Shown in pieces: positions 59,444 through 64,000 of a DNA stretch of 64,000 nt. The notes below the pieces were generated by a model. It saw nothing but the letters and a program-made list of their open reading frames with translations, made no database searches and was not told the DNA's origin. The translations under genes and the position numbers were made by a program. Each line of letters begins with the position of its first letter. Positions within the stretch are counted from its first letter, which is position 1. Source of the DNA: Macrostomum lignano (Eukaryota); assembly GCA_002269645.1 (NCBI GenBank), contig NIVC01003786.1:1-64000 (forward strand). Direction: 5' to 3'.

Positions 59444-62400
59444 TCTTAATACTAAAAGTGGTGCGTTGTTTGTCTGTATGTATGTCAGTTCGATAACTCC
59501 TCCTAGAATACTTGCAACTCAGCGTTGAAACTTATCTTAATACTAAAAGTGGTGCGTTGTTTGTCTGTATGTATGTCAGTTCGATAACTCCTCCTAGAAT
59601 ACTTGCAACTCAGCGTTGAAACTTATATGGGAAAACTGCAAATTTTCCGAGGATGGCTTTAGGCTATTTTAATCTTTCATTTTTAAATTTTAAGATCCCT
59701 AAAAAAGCAGGAAGCAGCAATTCTGACCTTTGATAATCTTATTTGTCCCCTCTTTCTGCTCGGAGCTGAAAATTGGCATAAATTTTGAGTGATTACGCCA
59801 CAACTTTTTCCTATGTCGCCAGTGCATTTTCTCTCCTGTGGGGGAATGGGCGCGTTCTCATTGGCGGCGTGTGTACAATCGGACCCTGGCTCACTGGCTG
59901 ACTTTATTTTAACAGGAAGCCCTGTGTATTTTTTGCACAGTGAAATTCAGTGCATTTTAATGCATAAACTTGCGAGCATCTTTAGCAGGCAGTGAACGTA
60001 CACTCGATATTTCAATGCTTAAAATCAGAAAGTTTCAAACACTAACTGTTGCTCGAGTTTTGAACTTAGAGAGGAGAGACTTATATTGCTGGAAAGATCT
60101 TGCAGCGATGAGTTCGGGGATATAAGTTTTTTGCTTTAAATATGAAAATTAAATTCACAGCATTCAAGAAAAGATTTTCATACTTTTAGCTTTCTGCAAA
60201 GATTTTGCTCATTTTGGAGTTCAATGGGGGTTCGACCGACCCCCCCCCCAATAGTTGGTAGGGGGTTCAATTTCTAGCTGCACTGCGTATTGGAAGGGGG
60301 TCGGTTGCTGTGTATTGGAGGGCTGATTTAGATTGCGCAATCTTTTTGTTAACTTTAACCGACGCTGATACTGACTGCCTGAGAAATAAGTTGCGCAATT
60401 TAATTGGTTCAATGTTTTTACGGAGCCTTTCAACACGCAGCTGTGTGTAGCTCTAACCCTAACCCTAACCAATGAATTCTGAGAGCTGGGCTGTTTGACG
60501 TAGAAATTTCGATTTAGTCCAGTTTCACGGAGAGGATTTCTATTTCGCGGAGAATATTTCGATGGTGTTCAGTTTCACGGAGAGGATTTCGATAGTGTTC
60601 AGTTTCACGGAGACGATTTCTGTTGCGCGGAGAGGTGTTGGAAAATGGGATTCCGCTGATGGAGTTCAGGGAATGGAATTCCGCTGATTGGAGTTCTTCC
60701 CCTTTCTTCTCCGAAGGAGGAGTTGGCCTCGTCTCTATCTATATATACTAAAGTTGACGCGTTGTTTGTCTGTCTGTCTGTGTGTCTGTCTGTCATTTCG
60801 ACAACTCCTCCTTGAATAGTGGCAACTCAGCGTTGAAACTTATATGGGAAGATTGGAAATTATCCGAGGTCGGCTATAGGCTATTTTAATTCTGAAATTT
60901 TAATTTCTAAGATCCTCAAAAAAGCAGAAAACGGCGGTCTTGACCTTTGATAATCTTAATTGTCCCCTCTTTCTGCTTGGAGCTGAAAATTTGCATGAAT
61001 TTCAAGTGATTGCGCCACAACTTTTCCCTATCTCTGCAGTGTATTTTCTCTCCAGTGGGGGGATGGGGCGTTCTAAATGGCTGCCTGTGTACAATCGGAC
61101 CCTGGCTCACTGGCTGACTGTATAGACAATTGCGCAAAGATTTGTGTTCTAATTTTCAATAGGCAGCCCTGTGATTTTGTTGAACCTTGAAATTCAATGC
61201 ATAAACTTGCGGGCCTCTTTAGCAGGCAGTGAACGTACAATCGATATTTCAATGCTTTAAATCAGAAAGTTTCAAACGCAAACTGTTGCTCGAGTTTTTA
61301 ACTTTGAGAGAAAAAATTTATATTGCTGGAAAGAACTTGCAAAGCTGATTTCAGGGATATAAATTGTTTGCTTCAAATATGAAAACTAAAAGCTCTGCAT
61401 TGCAAAAACTATTTCCATACTTTAAACTTTCTGCAAAGATTGTACTCATTTTGGCGAGAGGTGAGAGATAAAGTTGGGGGTTTCGACTTCTAACTGGCGC
61501 TGTGTATAGGAAGAGGGTCAGTTGCTTTGTATTGGAGGGTTGATTAGATTGCGCAAACTTTTTGTTAACTTTAACTGAGACTGATACTGACTGACTGTGA
61601 AATCGGTTGCGCAATGAATTGATTCAATTAGTTCAATATTTTTATCAGTGCCTTTTAACACAAAGCTGTGCGTAGTTCTAACCCTAACCCTAACCCTAAC
61701 CCTAACCCTAACCAATGAATCCGGAGAGTTGAGTTGTTTGACGGAAAAAATTCGATTGAGTCCAGTTTAGCGGAGACGATTTCAATGTTTTAATTTTGAC
61801 GGAGAGGATTTCTGTTTCGTGGAGAGGATTTCGATGGTGTTCAGTTTCGTGGAAAGGATTTCGATGATGTTCAGTTTCGTGAAAAGGATTTCGATGGTGC
61901 TCAGTTTCACGGAGAGGATTTCGATGATGTTCAGCTTCACGGAGAGGATTTCTGTTTCGCAGAGATAATTTATGATTGATTTCTGTTTTATGGAGACCAT
62001 TTTGATGGATTTAAGTTTCAAGGAGAGGATTTCGAAGGAGTCCAGTTTCACGGAGAGGATTTCGATGGTTTTCAGTTGCACAGACTGCTTCGCGGAGAGG
62101 ATCTTGATGGATTTGGCATCTTCAATCAGTCAGAGAAGAGAGTAAAGAGAAGAATGAAAGGAGAAGAGAGATGAGATGATAGAAAACAGAGTAGAAATGA
62201 GTGAAGAGATTAAACATGACAGATGGGAGAGAAGAAGGGAGTAAGGCGGGAACGAAGGAGAGAGAAGAGAAGAGGAGAGAGGAGATGAAGGGAGAGGATA
62301 TGAGAGAGGAGATATGAGATAGCAGAGAGGAGACAGGAGAGAGAAGAAAAGAGGGATAAGAGCGTACAGAGGCAATAGAAGAGAGGAAAGAGAGGATAGA

Positions 62401-64000
62401 GGTGAGAGGTGAGAGGAGTGAGATGAAAGATCAGAGATCAGAGATTTAAGAGAAGAAAGTAGTGAGGAGAAAGAAGATGGTAAAGATGTGAGTGCAGAGA
62501 GGAGAGAAATGAGAGGAGACAGGTGGTAGAAAGGAGTGTAAAAAACAGGAGATAAGAAAGGAGAGGGTGAGTGTGAGAGCATATAGGAAAGTGTAAAAGG
62601 GGAGCAAAGAGAGAGAATAGATAAGTGAGTAGAGAAGAGATATGAGGGAGAAGAGATTAGAGATTAGATAAGAGATGAGGGGAGATGAGAGGAGAGAAGA
62701 GAGAATGGAGAGGAGAAAAAAGAGAGGAGAGGAGACAGGTGATGCAGTAGAAAGGAGGGAAGAAAAAAGGGAGATAAGAAAGGAGAGGTTGAGAGCGTAT
62801 AAGAGATACGAGAAATGAGAGCAGAGAGAAGAGAGAAAAGGGAAGAGAGAAAGTAGTAGAGCGGAGATGATAGATAAGTGATTAGAGATGAGATATGAGA
62901 GAGGAGAGAAAAGGGGAGAGATAAGATAGAAGATGGGAGAGTAGACAGGAGAGGGAGAATAAATAAGGGATAAATAAGGGAGTAGAGATAAATAAGGGAG
63001 TAGAGATAAATAAGAGAGTAGGGGTAGAGATGAGATGAGAGAGAGGAGAGAGAAGCGAGTCACGATAATAGCGAAGAGAGGAGAGAGTAGATATGAGAGA
63101 CGTAAGAGTCTTTGATCTATGGTCTTTGAAAGGTTTGTAAAGAATTTGGAGACGATTTGGAAGATGGGATTCAAGACATGGAATTTCAGTTGATGGATAA
63201 TTCAGGGAATGGAATTCCGGTGATGGGAGTTCTTCCCCTTTCTCCTCCGAAGGAGGAGTTCCACTCGTTAATACTAAAAGTGGTGCGTTGTTTGTCTGTA
63301 TGTATGTCAGTTCGATAACTCCTCCTAGAATACTTGCAACTCAGCGTTGAAACTTATATGGGAAAACTGCAAATTTTCCGAGGATGGCTTTAGGCTATTT
63401 TAATCTTTCATTTTTAAATTTTAAGATCCCTAAAAAAGCAGGAAGCAGCAATTCTGACCTTTGATAATCTTATTTGTCCCCTCTTTCTGCTCGGAGCTGA
63501 AAATTGGCATAAATTTTGAGTGATTACGCCACAACTTTTTCCTATGTCGCCAGTGCGTTTTCTCTCCTGTGGGGGAATGGGCGCGTTCTCATTGGCGGCG
63601 TGTGTACAATCGGACCCTGGCTCACTGGCTGACTTTATAGACAATTGCGCAACTATTTGTGTTCTGTTTTTTAACAGGCAGCCCTGTGTATTTTTTGCAC
63701 AGTGAAATTCAGTGCATTTTTACGCATAAACTTGCGAGCATCTTTAGCAGGCAGTGAACGTACACTCGATATTTCAATGCTTAAAATCAGAAAGTTTCAA
63801 ACACTAACTGTTGCTCGAGTTTTGAACTTAGAGAGGAGAGACTTATATTGCTGGAAAGATCTTGCTGCGATGAGTTCGGGGATATAAGTTTTTTGCTTTA
63901 AATATGAAAATTAAATTCACAGCATTCAAGAAAAGATTTTCATACTTTTAGCTTTCTGCAAAGATTTTGCTCATTTTGGAGTTCAATGGGGGTTCGACCG
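59444..64000 (+). mobile_element. Head-to-tail array of non-autonomous Helitron-like units (units about 59535-60732, 60733-63268, 63269 to beyond 64000)
   Basis: Each unit starts (TC)TTAATACTAAAAG or TATATACTAAAG followed by TTGTTTGTCTGT. Units end with a CTCC-GAA-GGAG hairpin about 10 nt before CTCGT. Units 1 and 3 are nearly identical and unit 2 is diverged. No TIR or TSD. Confidence 0.72.

Overview
Eukaryotic, intron-rich invertebrate genomic DNA, very dense in minisatellites. The style is consistent with a free-living flatworm such as Macrostomum (inference only). Six protein-coding genes could be reconstructed by hand with frame-consistent splice sites: MMD/PAQR-family (minus, 5' exon unresolved, one GC-AG intron), SKI/SnoN-like (minus), a 17-exon SOGA/MTCL1-like coiled-coil gene (plus), a small two-Ig I-set gene (minus), an AADAC-like esterase (minus), and the last exon of an ORP1/2-like oxysterol-binding protein (minus). 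Mobile elements include a tRNA-derived SINE with a 13-bp TSD, hAT-type MITEs with 8-bp TSDs, and a head-to-tail array of Helitron-like units. The most striking unexplained pattern is that three unrelated minisatellites are each built from paired nuclear-receptor half-sites (RGGTCA): DR2 in the MMD intron, IR0/TREpal downstream of the Ig gene, and DR3+IR2 in the AADAC intron. In addition, the AADAC exon-2 end plus its splice donor is tandemly amplified 11 times. Most long low-complexity ORFs in the supplied track are repeat artefacts. All family assignments come from remembered motifs, not database searches.
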